Positions 48,838 to 59,861 of a stretch of DNA of 64,000 nt are shown here, piece after piece. How positions within the stretch are numbered: the stretch's first letter is position 1; each line of letters starts with the position of its first letter. The stretch is from contig BTVI01000015.1 of assembly GCA_045862955.1 (NCBI GenBank), positions 12,298-76,297 on the forward strand. The letters are read 5' to 3'. The stretch is from Fimbriimonadales bacterium (GTDB lineage: Bacteria; Armatimonadota; Fimbriimonadia; Fimbriimonadales; JABRVX01). Under the pieces are notes generated by a model. The model worked only from the letters and a program-made list of their open reading frames with translations. It was not told the DNA's origin and did no database searches. The translations under genes and the position numbers were made by a program.

Positions 48838-49941
48838 CTAGCTATCGTCGCTATCGTCCTTCAGCTTCCGGCTCTGCTTCGGACGGCGTAGCTTGCGAAA
48901 AGCCCGCTGCTCGATCTGCCGCACCCGCTCGCGAGTCACATTCAGCGCCTTGCCAACGTCTTCCAGCGTGTACATGTTGCCGTCTTGAAGACCATAGCGT
49001 AGCATGATGACGGTGCGCTCGCGCTCCGACAACACGGAGAGTGCATCCTCGATGCGATCTCGTAGCGCAAGGCGCGAAGGGATATCCAGTGACGCGGCCC
49101 GGCTGTCCTCCAAGAAGTCCGCCAGCACCGAGCCTTCGTCCTCGCCGACGGGCATCTCCAGCGAGATCGGCTGCGGAGCGATCCGCATGAGTTCCGTTAC
49201 CCGCTCGACCGGAACGCCCAACTCCACGCCGATCTCTTCTAGCGTCGGCTCGCGGCCTAGGCGCTGCACCAATCGGCTAGTAGCTTTCACCAGGCGATTG
49301 ATCGTCTCCACCATGTGCACGGGGATGCGGATCGTTCGCCCGTGATCCGCGAGTCCACGCGTAATGGACTGGCGAATCCACCAGCTCGCATAGGTACTGA
49401 AGCGGAACCCCTTTGTGTAATCGAACTTGTCTACCGCCCGGATCAGCCCCACGTTCCCGTCTTGGATCAGGTCAGCAAGGGGAAGTCCACGTCCCGTGAA
49501 GCGCTTTGCGATGGAGACGACCAAGCGAAGGTTCGCCTCTACCAGCGCCAGCTTGGCCCACTCGTGACCTTCCGACGCCAGCTTGGCCAGCTTCAGCTCT
49601 TGATCCGCATGCAGCAGCGGGACCCGACCGATGAGCCGCAGCCAAACTTTGACCGAGTCCTCCACCGCAGGGCCTTCGATCGCTGCGAGGTCTTCTCCGG
49701 TTAGGTCAGCCTCCTTCGGGATCTCCGGCTCCTCGGTCGCCGCCTTGCGCATATGGACGGCCGCCACTTCGGCAACTTTGATGCCCGAGCGCTCCAGCAT
49801 GGCGAACAGCTCGTCCAAGCGCTCCAGGTCGTCCTCGGACAGACGCGCGTTGATCTGATCGAGCGTAACCCAGCCGGTAGCTTTGGATTGCTCTACCAGT
49901 TCGATGATATCGGGAGGCCACTCGTACGATGTGTTAGCCAC
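48838..49941 (-). CDS. rpoD: RNA polymerase sigma-70 factor (RpoD/SigA-like)
   Basis: [40 protein letters not shown] and TRERVRQIE; downstream of dnaG. Confidence 0.88.
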   Translation of the reverse strand: MANTSYEWPPDIIELVEQSKATGWVTLDQINARLSEDDLERLDELFAMLERSGIKVAEVAAVHMRKAATEEPEIPKEADLTGEDLAAIEGPAVEDSVKVWLRLIGRVPLLHADQELKLAKLASEGHEWAKLALVEANLRLVVSIAKRFTGRGLPLADLIQDGNVGLIRAVDKFDYTKGFRFSTYASWWIRQSITRGLADHGRTIRIPVHMVETINRLVKATSRLVQRLGREPTLEEIGVELGVPVERVTELMRIAPQPISLEMPVGEDEGSVLADFLEDSRAASLDIPSRLALRDRIEDALSVLSERERTVIMLRYGLQDGNMYTLEDVGKALNVTRERVRQIEQRAFRKLRRPKQSRKLKDDSDDS

Positions 49942-49991
49942 GATTGAGTCCCAGCAGAAGTGACATACAGGTTAACGACGGAAGCCAACCC

Positions 49992-51743
49992 TTAGTCCCT
50001 TCTGCTCTGTTCGCCGAGAAGCCTGCAATATTCCTGCCATACGGCGTCGGTTTTCGTGGTAGCGTCGCTGATGCCGGCCTGCAGGCGTCTTCGCAGCGCC
50101 TTCTGAAGCGCAGCCGAAAGGCATTGGATGTAGTCTTCCAGCACCTGCTCGCTGAGGGGCTCACTGTCCGTGATCAGGATGTCATTGAGCGCGCGCCGCG
50201 TTTCCTCTGGCGCTACGGAGGCGAGCACCGCCGCAGCGGAGCCTTCGGGCGGCAGGTCGGGGTATGCAGCTAGCAGCGCGTGCACGATCTCTCGATACTC
50301 CTGCGAGGGGAACTGCTCCGGCTTCAGCGCAGGCCAGCCCAAACCGCGCCATTCCGGGTCACAAGCGGCACGCAAGAGGCCCCGTTGCGCCTTTTCGACT
50401 GCAGAAAGCGTTCGCACGGCGGACGGGCGAGTCTCCGCACGCACCACCGCCTTGCCACGCGCGAGCGCTGCGACTTCTTGGTGAACCAAGCGCTCGGCCC
50501 GCACTCGGTCGGTCTGAAAGCTGGGAAGATGCCTTGCCACTCGCTCGATGTACCGGTCGCGCTCCACTCGGCTAGGTATCGCTGCCAACACGCGCACGGC
50601 AGCCGCGACGAACTCCGCAGCACCCTCCGATGAGGACGGATCGTGCCGCGCCTCTAAGAGGTCCAGCTCGAAATCCGTGGGTGTGGTTGCTTGCGCCACC
50701 ACCGTGGCCAACGCTCCGGCGCCCTGCGTCTTCAAGAGCGAGTCCGGGTCTTCGCCGGCCGGCAGGCGGGCGATGCGGGTGCGAAGCCCTCCGGCACCCG
50801 CGATCTGCGCAGCCCTCAAGGCAGCCGTGCGTCCTGCGTCGTCGGCGTCGAACAGGATCACCAACTTCTCGGTCCAGCGTTTTAGCAGGCTTACGTGGTC
50901 CTCGCCGAACGCGGTGCCCAAGCCCGCGACCGCATGTTCCAGCCCAGCCGCGTGGCATGCGATCACGTCCAGATAGCCTTCCACCATTAGCGCGAAGCCG
51001 CGCTCGGCAATTTTCGCCTTCGCGAGGTGAAAACCGTACAGCACGTTGCGCTTGCTGAAGAGCGGTGTGTCGGGCGAGTTCAGGTACTTCGGTTCGCCCA
51101 CCCCGAGCACACGCCCGCCGAAGGCGATGACACGCCCCTGGGAATCGCACACCGGGAACATCAGGCGGCCACGGAACTTGTCGTAGTAGCCGCCGTCCGG
51201 CCCTTGGTCCACCAGCCCAGCCTTCGCGGCGTCTGCGAGCCGGTGGCCTTGCTTCTGAAGAGTGGTCGCTAGTGCGTCCCCGAAACTCGGTGCGAATCCG
51301 AGGCCGAAGCGCTCGACGAGGCCATCGGGTATGCCCCTGGCCTGCACGAACTCCTGTGCCGACTGGGACTTGTGTAGTTGCTCTCGAAAAAAGGCTTGGG
51401 CGGCCGCCAGCGCGGCGCGCATCGCGTCGGCCTCGCCCTTTGCCTCCGGCGAGCGCTTCACCAGCCGTACGCCGGCACGATCGGCCAGGCGCTCGAGCGC
51501 TTCGACGAAGGAGATGTGCTCGATCTCCTGCAGGAAGGTGAAGACGTCACCGAACTTGCCGCAGCCGAAACAGCGGAACGTCTTCAGGTCGGGGTTCACA
51601 TAGAACGAGGGGCTCTTCTCGTTGTGAAACGGACAGAGCCCCTGAAAACTCCTTCCCGATCGCCGGAGACGGACGTAGTTCCCTACGACTTCCAGGATGT
51701 CGGTCCGTGCCCGGACCTCTTCGACCTGCGGGTCTCCGGCCAT
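49992..51743 (-). CDS. dnaG: DNA primase
   Basis: CPFHNEKSPSF..CFGC zinc finger, KYLNSPDT, VEGYLDV TOPRIM, FDADDAG and EDPD. Confidence 0.95.
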   Translation of the reverse strand: MAGDPQVEEVRARTDILEVVGNYVRLRRSGRSFQGLCPFHNEKSPSFYVNPDLKTFRCFGCGKFGDVFTFLQEIEHISFVEALERLADRAGVRLVKRSPEAKGEADAMRAALAAAQAFFREQLHKSQSAQEFVQARGIPDGLVERFGLGFAPSFGDALATTLQKQGHRLADAAKAGLVDQGPDGGYYDKFRGRLMFPVCDSQGRVIAFGGRVLGVGEPKYLNSPDTPLFSKRNVLYGFHLAKAKIAERGFALMVEGYLDVIACHAAGLEHAVAGLGTAFGEDHVSLLKRWTEKLVILFDADDAGRTAALRAAQIAGAGGLRTRIARLPAGEDPDSLLKTQGAGALATVVAQATTPTDFELDLLEARHDPSSSEGAAEFVAAAVRVLAAIPSRVERDRYIERVARHLPSFQTDRVRAERLVHQEVAALARGKAVVRAETRPSAVRTLSAVEKAQRGLLRAACDPEWRGLGWPALKPEQFPSQEYREIVHALLAAYPDLPPEGSAAAVLASVAPEETRRALNDILITDSEPLSEQVLEDYIQCLSAALQKALRRRLQAGISDATTKTDAVWQEYCRLLGEQSRRD

Positions 51744-51756
51744 CGCGCGTGCACGG

Positions 51757-52506
51757 CTACTTGCCGGCGGCGACGCTGATGTATACGACTCGCTGCACGC
51801 CGTTGAGCGTGACGAACTGGAACACGACGTGGCTGTTGTTGAGGAACCGCACCTGCATAGTCTGGCCCTTGAAGTCATAGCGGTCCGGGCTCTTGTACAC
51901 GCTCATCACTTGCTGGAAGGTTGAGCCCAGTCGGATCCCGCCCGCAGCGACTGCGACGCCGGAGAAGCCCTTGGCGTCAATCTGGATCACGCGATTGTCG
52001 TCATCAATCACGAAGGCATACTCGGTACCACCGCGCTTGTACACCCAACGCGTGACGGTGGTGGTCATCTCGCCCTCGAATCCGCCGCCGACCCCAGCTG
52101 CAGGACCGCCAGCCCCGGCAACGGGAATACCGCCCGGCCCCATCGTTGGACCAACCATCCCGGGAGGGCCGCCCTTCGCTGGGCCGCCTCCACCCGCAGG
52201 GGCCATTGCCACAGGACCGGCAGGCGCGGGGCCAGAAGGGCCTACCATGCCGAAGGGGTTCTCGGTCATCTCACCGCCGGACGGAGTGCCCTGATCCTGC
52301 TTCACCTGAAGCGGCTCGATGCGAGTGGGGTTGCCCCACACCTGAAGCACACGGGTGTGTGGGTCCAATAGCTTGATGCCCAGAAGGCCGGTGTTCACCA
52401 CGTGCTTCGTGGTGGTCTTCTGGCCGGCCTGGGCCCATCCGACGCCGGTTACGCACAATGCGCCGGCCAACGCCGTGATCGCGAACAATACGTGCTTGCT
52501 CTTCAT
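51757..52506 (-). CDS. Hypothetical secreted protein with Gly/Pro-rich insert
   Basis: Signal peptide from ATG 52506; two related repeats (GIKL...V..WGNP and GIRLG...V..YKSP). Confidence 0.6.
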   Translation of the reverse strand: MKSKHVLFAITALAGALCVTGVGWAQAGQKTTTKHVVNTGLLGIKLLDPHTRVLQVWGNPTRIEPLQVKQDQGTPSGGEMTENPFGMVGPSGPAPAGPVAMAPAGGGGPAKGGPPGMVGPTMGPGGIPVAGAGGPAAGVGGGFEGEMTTTVTRWVYKRGGTEYAFVIDDDNRVIQIDAKGFSGVAVAAGGIRLGSTFQQVMSVYKSPDRYDFKGQTMQVRFLNNSHVVFQFVTLNGVQRVVYISVAAGK

Positions 52507-52740
52507 CTGCGAGATCTCCCTCCAGCCGACCATTATCCTACCCGGCCCGCCCTGCAACCCGAGGAAGCAGCCGACGGCCGGGTAAGGGTTCACCTTCCAT
52601 TGACGGAGTCCTTGGCGACCGGTTCCATTATCCCAATTATCGGCGAAGAACGAAAGGGGCAGACGACTCGACACGTTCGATTCTTACGGGTTACAATCCC
52701 CGTTGATAGCCGCCGCCAGGGCGAAACCGGAGGAATGCTC

Positions 52741-53067
52741 ATGGGAAATGCGATTGCCGTTACTTCCGACACTTTCGATTCCGAGGTTCTCCAGTCCTCG
52801 GTCCCTGTCCTCGTGGACTTCTGGGCCGCGTGGTGCGGTCCATGCCGCATGATTGCCCCCTACGTCGAAGCCGTTGCCGAGGAGTTCGCGGGCCAGGCAA
52901 AGGTCGCTAAGGTGGACGTGGACAGCAACCAGGATTTGGCCATGCGATATGGCATCATGGGCATTCCCGCGCTGCTGATCTTCAAGGGCGGACAAGTCGT
53001 CGAGCAGATGGTCGGCGCAAGGGGCAAGGACGAGATCGCCGACACGCTACGACGCCACGTGGGCTAG
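52741..53067 (+). CDS. trxA: Thioredoxin
   Basis: [19 protein letters not shown]. Confidence 0.95.
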   Translation: MGNAIAVTSDTFDSEVLQSSVPVLVDFWAAWCGPCRMIAPYVEAVAEEFAGQAKVAKVDVDSNQDLAMRYGIMGIPALLIFKGGQVVEQMVGARGKDEIADTLRRHVG

Positions 53068-53073
53068 CTTCGC

Positions 53074-53409
53074 CTAATCGCCCGAACTCTCTACCCAAGC
53101 GCGCAGTGCGATCAGAGGGTTCGAGCTGTGTAACTGCCTTCGCGCCATTCGATGTTCGGGCTCCGTGATGGGTCCCAGAGCATCGAATATCTCCCGCTCG
53201 CTCGAATGAAGCTCCTCACGCGAGTTCGGGGAGAACACCCCAGGCCACCACTCCTCCTGTCGGATGAACCTCTCACCCAGCCGGTTGCAGCGGCGGCATC
53301 GGAACTTGATGTACACGAAGCTCGGACCGAACTGCCGGATGTAGTATTCCTGCAGCAACAGATCCCTGCGCACGAGCGGTTGACCGCAATCACAAAGCAG
53401 CTTGGTCAT
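53074..53409 (-). CDS. Small hypothetical zinc-ribbon protein
   Basis: CDCG...CRRC pairs; TATAAT just upstream. Confidence 0.55.
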   Translation of the reverse strand: MTKLLCDCGQPLVRRDLLLQEYYIRQFGPSFVYIKFRCRRCNRLGERFIRQEEWWPGVFSPNSREELHSSEREIFDALGPITEPEHRMARRQLHSSNPLIALRAWVESSGD

Positions 53410-53481
53410 CGTTCCACTCGGATTATAGTCCAAGTCCGCCGGCGCAGGCGAGGAATCCGTGCCCTCCTGTAAACTTTCGGC

Positions 53482-54063
53482 GTGAGCGGCTTCCAGAGCC
53501 TGGACCTTCGCCTCTTCGAGCACCTGAACGGCGTTCCGCACCCCGAGTGGCTGAACGCCTTCTTCTGGGCGGTTACCTCCCTGGGGTTGGGATGGGTTCA
53601 GGCTGGCGGCGTGGTCGCGATCAGCTTGATCTGGTGGCGAGGACGCGCGCGATTCTTCGCTTCGGAGGCGGCTAGGCGACTGCTTTGGCCTGGGCTCTGG
53701 TCCTTCGCTCTGAGCGGGCTACTGAGCCAAGCGCTCAAGAGGCTGATCGAGCGGCCCCGACCACCCGACCTGGGAGCGAAGGCTCTCGACGAGTACCTCC
53801 ACGCGTATTCATTCCCTTCCGGCCATGCCACCACTTCCTTCGCGCTTGCCGTGGTGGCAATCAGCATCACTCACGGCACCCGAAGAGCCTGGATCGGTTG
53901 GCTTGCACTCGTCCTCGCTCTGATGATCGGCTACTCCCGGGTGTATCGCGGCGTGCACTACCCGTCGGACGTGCTGGGCGGTGCGCTTCTCGGCGCTCTC
54001 GTCTCCCTCGGCGTGCTGTGGTTCTTTCGGCGCCGTTACCAAGCGTCGGGCAACTCCGAGTAG
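53482..54063 (+). CDS. PAP2 family phosphatase
   Basis: K....RPRP, SFPSGHA and [13 protein letters not shown]. Confidence 0.92.
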   Translation: MSGFQSLDLRLFEHLNGVPHPEWLNAFFWAVTSLGLGWVQAGGVVAISLIWWRGRARFFASEAARRLLWPGLWSFALSGLLSQALKRLIERPRPPDLGAKALDEYLHAYSFPSGHATTSFALAVVAISITHGTRRAWIGWLALVLALMIGYSRVYRGVHYPSDVLGGALLGALVSLGVLWFFRRRYQASGNSE

Positions 54064-54977
54064 GTCGGCGTCGAGAGGTATCGCTCTCCGCTGCTGGGGA
54101 TGATGGTCACGAGCATCTTGCCTCGGCTCTCTTCACGACTGGCGACCTGGAGGGCGGCCCACACCGCCGCACCGCTCGAGATTCCTGCAAGGATGCCCTC
54201 TTCCCGGGCGAGCCTTCGCGCGGTCTCGATCGCGGCTTCCGTCGGCACCTTCACGATCTCGTCAATCACGCTGCGGTCGAGGATCGGCGGCACGAAGCCC
54301 GCGCCGATGCCCTGAATCGGGTGTGGGCCTTTTGGCTCGCCCGATAGCACCGCACTGGCAGCGGGCTCGACGGCCACGCAGCGAAACTCGGGCTTGCGCG
54401 CCTTGATCACCTGGCCCACCCCCGTGATGGTGCCGCCCGTGCCCACTCCTGCGACCAGAATGTCCGCTCTGCCCTCGGTGTCGTTCCAGATCTCCTCGGC
54501 GGTCGTGCGGCGATGGATGTCCGGATTCGCAGGGTTCTCGAACTGCTGCGGCATCAGGTAGCGAGAGGGATCCGAGGCTACGATCTCCTTCGCCTTGGCG
54601 ATGGCGCCGCCCATGCCCTCGGGTCCGGGGGTTAACACCAGCTTGGCCCCGAGTGCCTTGAGCAGGTTTCGCCGCTCCACCGACATCGTCTCTGGCATCG
54701 TGAGGATCAGCCTGTAGCCTCGTGCGGCGCATACGAACGCGAGTGCAATCCCCGTGTTGCCGCTGGTAGGTTCGACGAGCACCGTATCCGGACCGATCCT
54801 GCCCTCGCGCTCGGCGGCTTCGATCATGCTCACGCCAATCCGGTCCTTCACGCTGGAAAGGGGATTGTAAAACTCCAGCTTCAGCACGACGTCCCCTGGA
54901 AGGCCCTTGCTCAGCCGCTGCATCCGCACCAGCGGCGTGCCCCCGATCAGCTTCGTAATGTCTTCTGCGATTCGCAT
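54036..54977 (-). CDS. cysK: Cysteine synthase A
   Basis: [28 protein letters not shown] and IQGIGAGF. Confidence 0.95.
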   Translation of the reverse strand: MRIAEDITKLIGGTPLVRMQRLSKGLPGDVVLKLEFYNPLSSVKDRIGVSMIEAAEREGRIGPDTVLVEPTSGNTGIALAFVCAARGYRLILTMPETMSVERRNLLKALGAKLVLTPGPEGMGGAIAKAKEIVASDPSRYLMPQQFENPANPDIHRRTTAEEIWNDTEGRADILVAGVGTGGTITGVGQVIKARKPEFRCVAVEPAASAVLSGEPKGPHPIQGIGAGFVPPILDRSVIDEIVKVPTEAAIETARRLAREEGILAGISSGAAVWAALQVASREESRGKMLVTIIPSSGERYLSTPTYSELPDAW

Positions 54978-55003
54978 CTTCCTTCTCCTGTTCTCGTAGT
55001 GCG

Positions 55004-55438
55004 CTAGAGGCCTGGCATCAGAGCCATCGCTTCACTTAGCCAGCGCGCCCGCTTCGCCAGCCCACCGACGGTCTCCGAAGCGAGCAGAGCGTCCAGTTCT
55101 CTCTCGGTGGCCAATATCCACTGGCGAACCGCTCGCTTCGACGGCTCCTCTGTCGCGCCGCGAGCAACGCTTCCCGCACCTTCGAACGCCGCAACCACCT
55201 CGCCGACGGGTAGCTCGGCGGCATCACGCGCCAACGAATAGCCACCCAACGGTCCCCGCTCGCTATGTACGAAACCTTGTCGGCGCAGCCGCACCAGTGC
55301 CTGATGCGCCGAAGCCGTGGGGATCCCAGACCTGCGACTCAGTTCCCCCGCCTGGACGGGTTCTCCGCCCGGCAGCAAAGCCAGCTCCACGAGGATGCAG
55401 AGTGCGGTCTCCGTCTGTTGACTGATGAGACGCGGCAT
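55004..55438 (-). CDS. Rrf2 family transcriptional regulator (CymR-like position)
   Basis: wHTH with V.S.RG..GGY.LAR; directly upstream of cysK; lacks the Fe-S cysteines. Confidence 0.85.
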   Translation of the reverse strand: MPRLISQQTETALCILVELALLPGGEPVQAGELSRRSGIPTASAHQALVRLRRQGFVHSERGPLGGYSLARDAAELPVGEVVAAFEGAGSVARGATEEPSKRAVRQWILATERELDALLASETVGGLAKRARWLSEAMALMPGL

Positions 55439-55523
55439 AGTTGATAATGTTGACAACAATATCATAAATCTCCACGCCTGTCAACCCGTAGGACCTTCGG
55501 CTGAACCCCGCGAATGCCGACTT

Positions 55524-56135
55524 ATGGGCAAGAAGCGGCGAATCGAAGAGACCATCGAGATCCAACTCCAAAAATGGCGCGCAAGCAGAAACGCTCCCGC
55601 TGACCCCGGCCTGCGCGACGCGTACCCCGAGATTCCCAGGCTCCCGATTCGCCTCATCTGCCCCAGGTTGGACAAGGAGATCAACCACGGCAACCTCCTG
55701 CGAATCGCCGAAGCGTTTCGACTTGAGCTGGTCGTCTTCGCCCCGGATGACCGGCCTTGGGACGTCTCAGGCGCGATGGGAGCGACGGTCTGGCAGCCGT
55801 TCGTGCGCCAGCCGGGCGGAGAGGCCATCATGCAGGCCCGCGTTGGCGGCTACCGCATCTACGGCTTGGACCTGCACGAGAGGGCCCGAAGCATCCACGG
55901 CGTGGCATGGCAGTTCCCCGCAGCGCTCGTAGTCGGAGAGGAACTGCATGGCTTGGCCGAGGAGCACCGTAGTGCATGTGACGAACTGGTGGCCATCCCG
56001 CTATACGGGCTGATGCAGTCACTGAACGTGGCAGTGGCAACCGGGATCTGCCTGGACCGGATGGTGGAGTCGCTGGCGAATCGAGACCCTCGGTGGCGCC
56101 CCGTACGAGAGGCTTCGCGCAGGCTGCTTGACTAG
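55524..56135 (+). CDS. TrmH/SpoU family RNA methyltransferase
   Basis: N.G..LR, VGEELHGL and IPLYG.MQSLNVAVA. Confidence 0.85.
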   Translation: MGKKRRIEETIEIQLQKWRASRNAPADPGLRDAYPEIPRLPIRLICPRLDKEINHGNLLRIAEAFRLELVVFAPDDRPWDVSGAMGATVWQPFVRQPGGEAIMQARVGGYRIYGLDLHERARSIHGVAWQFPAALVVGEELHGLAEEHRSACDELVAIPLYGLMQSLNVAVATGICLDRMVESLANRDPRWRPVREASRRLLD

Positions 56136-56307
56136 CTTTGGAGCGGAAGCAGGGTGTTTCACCGGCGCAACACTCTGCGTTCCGTGTTACGATACTCCCG
56201 GCCCTCTGGCTGTGGTGTGATCCCTCCGACCGAAGCCCAGTCTTCGGCGGCTCCGGACTCTCCTCCTAATACGACGCCACGTACAAGGGACGCTTAGGAG
56301 GTGCTTT

Positions 56308-56526
56308 GTGCCTGAGGAGAAAGGAAAGGCAGCGACGGAGCGCGCATCCAAGGGTCGAGGCTGGCACGGTGACCCGGACGGTCATCGCCGTGCCGGCAAA
56401 AAGGGAGGCGAAAAGGTCTCTCGAAACCGCGAACACATGGCCGAGATCGGCCGTCGTGGCGGGCAGAAGGTATCTGCCGACCGCGAGCACATGGCGAACA
56501 TCGGCAGGCGGGGTGGCCAAAAGTAG
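56308..56526 (+). CDS. KGG-repeat general stress protein (GsiB/YciG-like)
   Basis: AGKKGG and two HMA.IGRRGGQK repeats; AGGAGGT RBS. Confidence 0.8.
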   Translation: MPEEKGKAATERASKGRGWHGDPDGHRRAGKKGGEKVSRNREHMAEIGRRGGQKVSADREHMANIGRRGGQK

Positions 56527-56611
56527 GCCGCGACCCTTGTAACTAGCTTAGCGCCGGGAGGCGGCAGACCCCCGGCGCTTCTGCATGGATGGCTCCGGGT
56601 AGCCGACAGGA

Positions 56612-58663
56612 ATGGATAGCGCGGGGCAGAAGCCAACGGCTATGACCGAACTACGCGCCGGCACGCTCTCGCTGATGGGTGCCGATCTCGGACCAGAAAA
56701 CCCTCTTCCCGACCTGGGCACGGTGAACCCGGTAGGTGGAAAGATAGAAGCCCAACCGGACGTTCCGGAGGAGGACCGTAGGTACCTGGGATGGGAGGTG
56801 GAGGCGAGTATTCTCCCTCATCGCTTGCAGGACGGCTACACTCGAAACCGCAAGCCGATGGAGTTGCCGAGCATCCTGCTGGAGAACGAGCGCTTGCGCG
56901 CCACCTTCCTGCCGACCCTCGGAGGCCGCCTCTGGTCGCTGTATGACAAGCGAGAGGGGCGCGACCTGCTCTATGTGAACCCTGTCTTTCAACCCGCCAA
57001 CCTCGCGGTTAGGAACGCATGGTTCAGCGGCGGCGTGGAGTGGAACGTCGGCATCCGTGGGCACACGCCTTACACCTGCTCACCACTCTTCACCGCTCGG
57101 GTTAGAGGTAGCAACTACCCGATCCTGCGACTCTATGAGTGGGACCGTATTCGGCGTGTATACTACCAGCTCGACGCATACCTACCTCCCGAGTCTCCCC
57201 TGCTACACGTGTTCGTGCGTATCCGGAACCCACGCGATGTTGCGATCCCCATGTACTGGTGGTCGAACGCTGCGGTACCCGAGACACAGGACCTGAGAGT
57301 CGTCACCCCTGCGAACTACGCGTACAAGATGGCCTATGACGGACGCATGGCACGGGCGAGCCTACCGGAGTGGGGCGGCTACGACATCACTCGTCCCACC
57401 CGGGCGCCCTCGGCTAGCGATGCGTTTTTCGTGGTGGACGAACCGTCGAGACCGTTCGTAGCAGCCGTGTATGGAGATGGGAGTGGTACCTTCCAGGCTT
57501 CGACGCCCCACCTGAGAGGGCGTAAGCTATTCGTGTGGGGGATGGGTGCTGGCGGAAGAAGGTGGCAGGAGTTTCTGTCGCAGCCGGGCGAAGCCTATGT
57601 CGAGATTCAGGCCGGCCTAGCGCGCACACAGTATGAGTGCATCCCCATGCCCTCGCATGCCGATTGGTCCTGGCTGGAAGTGTACGGGCCGATGCAGTGT
57701 GACACCACCGCCACGCACGGAGGGGATTGGCAACGGGCCCGCAGCGAAGCGGCGACCTGGATCGATCGACTGGCACCGGCAGACTACTTACAGCAGGCGC
57801 ACGAGGCAGCACTGGCAGCCTCGGACGAAGAGCCGGAGGAGTTGCTGCAAACGGGCTCCGGGTGGGGTGCGCTGGAGGAGATGAGAATTGCAGGCGAAAG
57901 CGCGAGCAGGCTCGCGCACTCCCAAATCGTGGCTCTTCCGTTTCCACGGTCAGCGCTCTCGGATGACCAGATGCCGTGGGTGCGCCTGCTACGAGAAGGT
58001 GTGCTGCCAGAGCCGGATCCCAGCGACAGCCCCGGCGCTTTCGTGGTGCAAGAGGAATGGATGCAAATACTAGCAGCAGCATTGGGTAGGGCTGGCAGCG
58101 ACCACTGGGCATCGAGGTGGCATCTGGGTCTCATGTACTACCATGCAGGTCGAGTCGCGGACGCCGAGCGAGAGTGGCATACATCGGCGACTCGTCACCC
58201 TAACGGCTGGGCTCTCAGGTGCTTGGGGAAGCTACTACAGCATCGCGGCGAGCTCGATAAGGGGGCGGACCTGATGCTGCAGGCGGCGGAGTTGCTACCT
58301 AACTTAACGCCGCTAGCCATCGAGTGCTGCGACGCACTGTTAGTTGCTGGCAGACCCAGCGATGCGCTGCGGTTTGCAGAGTCGCTGGCTCCCTCGGTCC
58401 GGAGCCACGGGCGGATTCGTGTGAGCGAGGCGAAGGCTGCACTCGCACTGGACGACCTGGACGCCGCAGAAGCGGCACTGTCCGGAGAGTTGGAGCTTGG
58501 GGATCTTCGAGAAGGGGACTCGATTCTCACCGACCTGTGGTTCGAGATGCAGGAACGCCGCGCCGCGAGTCGGGCCGGACGACCACTCACCGACGACGAG
58601 CGGTCCCTCGTTCGCCGCGAACATCCACCCCCACCTCACCTCGACTTCCGTATGCATACATAA
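56612..58663 (+). CDS. DUF5107-like domain protein with C-terminal TPR region
   Basis: LENE.LRATFLP.LGGRL.SL, NPVFQPANLA.RNAW.SGGVEWN, YWWSN and YVEIQAG. Confidence 0.8.
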   Translation: MDSAGQKPTAMTELRAGTLSLMGADLGPENPLPDLGTVNPVGGKIEAQPDVPEEDRRYLGWEVEASILPHRLQDGYTRNRKPMELPSILLENERLRATFLPTLGGRLWSLYDKREGRDLLYVNPVFQPANLAVRNAWFSGGVEWNVGIRGHTPYTCSPLFTARVRGSNYPILRLYEWDRIRRVYYQLDAYLPPESPLLHVFVRIRNPRDVAIPMYWWSNAAVPETQDLRVVTPANYAYKMAYDGRMARASLPEWGGYDITRPTRAPSASDAFFVVDEPSRPFVAAVYGDGSGTFQASTPHLRGRKLFVWGMGAGGRRWQEFLSQPGEAYVEIQAGLARTQYECIPMPSHADWSWLEVYGPMQCDTTATHGGDWQRARSEAATWIDRLAPADYLQQAHEAALAASDEEPEELLQTGSGWGALEEMRIAGESASRLAHSQIVALPFPRSALSDDQMPWVRLLREGVLPEPDPSDSPGAFVVQEEWMQILAAALGRAGSDHWASRWHLGLMYYHAGRVADAEREWHTSATRHPNGWALRCLGKLLQHRGELDKGADLMLQAAELLPNLTPLAIECCDALLVAGRPSDALRFAESLAPSVRSHGRIRVSEAKAALALDDLDAAEAALSGELELGDLREGDSILTDLWFEMQERRAASRAGRPLTDDERSLVRREHPPPPHLDFRMHT

Positions 58664-58793
58664 CACTGCGGAGGCATCAAGCACTATAGCGTGAGGCCAT
58701 CGCCGATACCTTGCTTTCCAGCATGCGCACCTTCGTGGGAATGCATCCTACCCTATGCCTTCGCCCCGCGTCCGCCGCTTGGCAGCAGCGAGT

Positions 58794-59830
58794 GCATGCT
58801 TCGACAAGCTCAGCATGACGCGGCAAAGGGCATGTTGTGTGCCCTCACCGCTTTCATATCTCTGACCACCTGCAAAGCATGAGTCACTAGCGACGTCATG
58901 CTGAGCCTGTCGAAGCATGGGATCGCCGACCGCACGTCCCCGCCTGGACGTCTCCATGCCCTTTCCATGCCTAGACGTTCCCTATGCCTCACCCCTCGCA
59001 GAGGATGGGGCACTGGCGACGTCATGCTGAGCCTGTCGAAGCATGGGACCGCCGACCGCACGTTTCCATGCCTAGACGTTCCCTATGCCTCACCCGTCAC
59101 AGAGGATGGGGCACTGGCGACGTCATGCTGAGCTTGTCGAAGCATGGGACCGCCGACCGCACGTTTCCATGCCTAGACGTTCCCTATGCCTCGCCCCTCG
59201 CAGAGGATGGGTCACTGGCGACGTCATGCTGAGCCTGTCGAAGCATGGGACCGCCGGCCGCACGTTTCCATGCCTAGACGTTTTCCTATGCCTCACCACT
59301 CGCAGAGGCTGGGATACTGGCACCGTCATGCTGAGCCTGTCGACGCATGGGACCGCCGCCCGCACGTTTCCATGCCTAGACGTTCCCTATGCCTCACCCC
59401 TCGCAGAGGATGGGGCACTGGCGACGTCATGCTGAGCCTGTCGAAGCATGGGACCGCCGACCGCACGTCCCCGCCTAGACGTTTCGGCTGCCGTCTGCCG
59501 CCGAGCCCTCGCCCAGCGACCCCCCGAGCAGCCGAACGTCGAGGCACCGAGAGCCAGGGGCTGGTGATGGCCCCCCTCACCCCAACCCTCTCCCCCGCAA
59601 ACGGGGGAGAGGGAGGGCGATCCCATCCTCAGCGGCCCCGGCCCGCGTCCGCCGACCAGCAGCTACGGATGGCATGAAGCCAACCGAAGGACCGCGCCGG
59701 GGCACTGGTCGGACTCCCCCCCTCCACACCCCGCCCCCGTCGCTGGCACAAGGCAGAAGGATGACTCCCTCGCTGCCACCAACCCAGAGAGAGGGCCGCG
59801 GCGGCGCTCGAGCAGTGCGGCCGGCCCGAA
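58794..59830. repeat. REP/REPIN mosaic array with ~101-bp tandem units
   Basis: GTCATGCTGAGC copies at 58895, 59021, 59122, 59223, 59325 and 59426; inverted copy ~58795; CCCCTCACCCCAACCCTCTCCCC..GGGGGAGAGGG palindrome ~59573. Confidence 0.88.
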
Positions 59831-59861
59831 GGGGCCGGCCGCACTAACAGGTCAGAACCAC

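Noticed and set aside
52539..52584. SRP RNA (contains AGGAAGCAGCC)
   Set aside because: Lacks the CAGG/GNRA apical helix arrangement and is only a ~46-nt hairpin
58895..59450. CRISPR array (25-bp repeat at regular spacing)
   Set aside because: The intervening ~76-bp segments are near-identical rather than unique spacers, the repeat occurs dispersed and inverted elsewhere, and there are no cas genes
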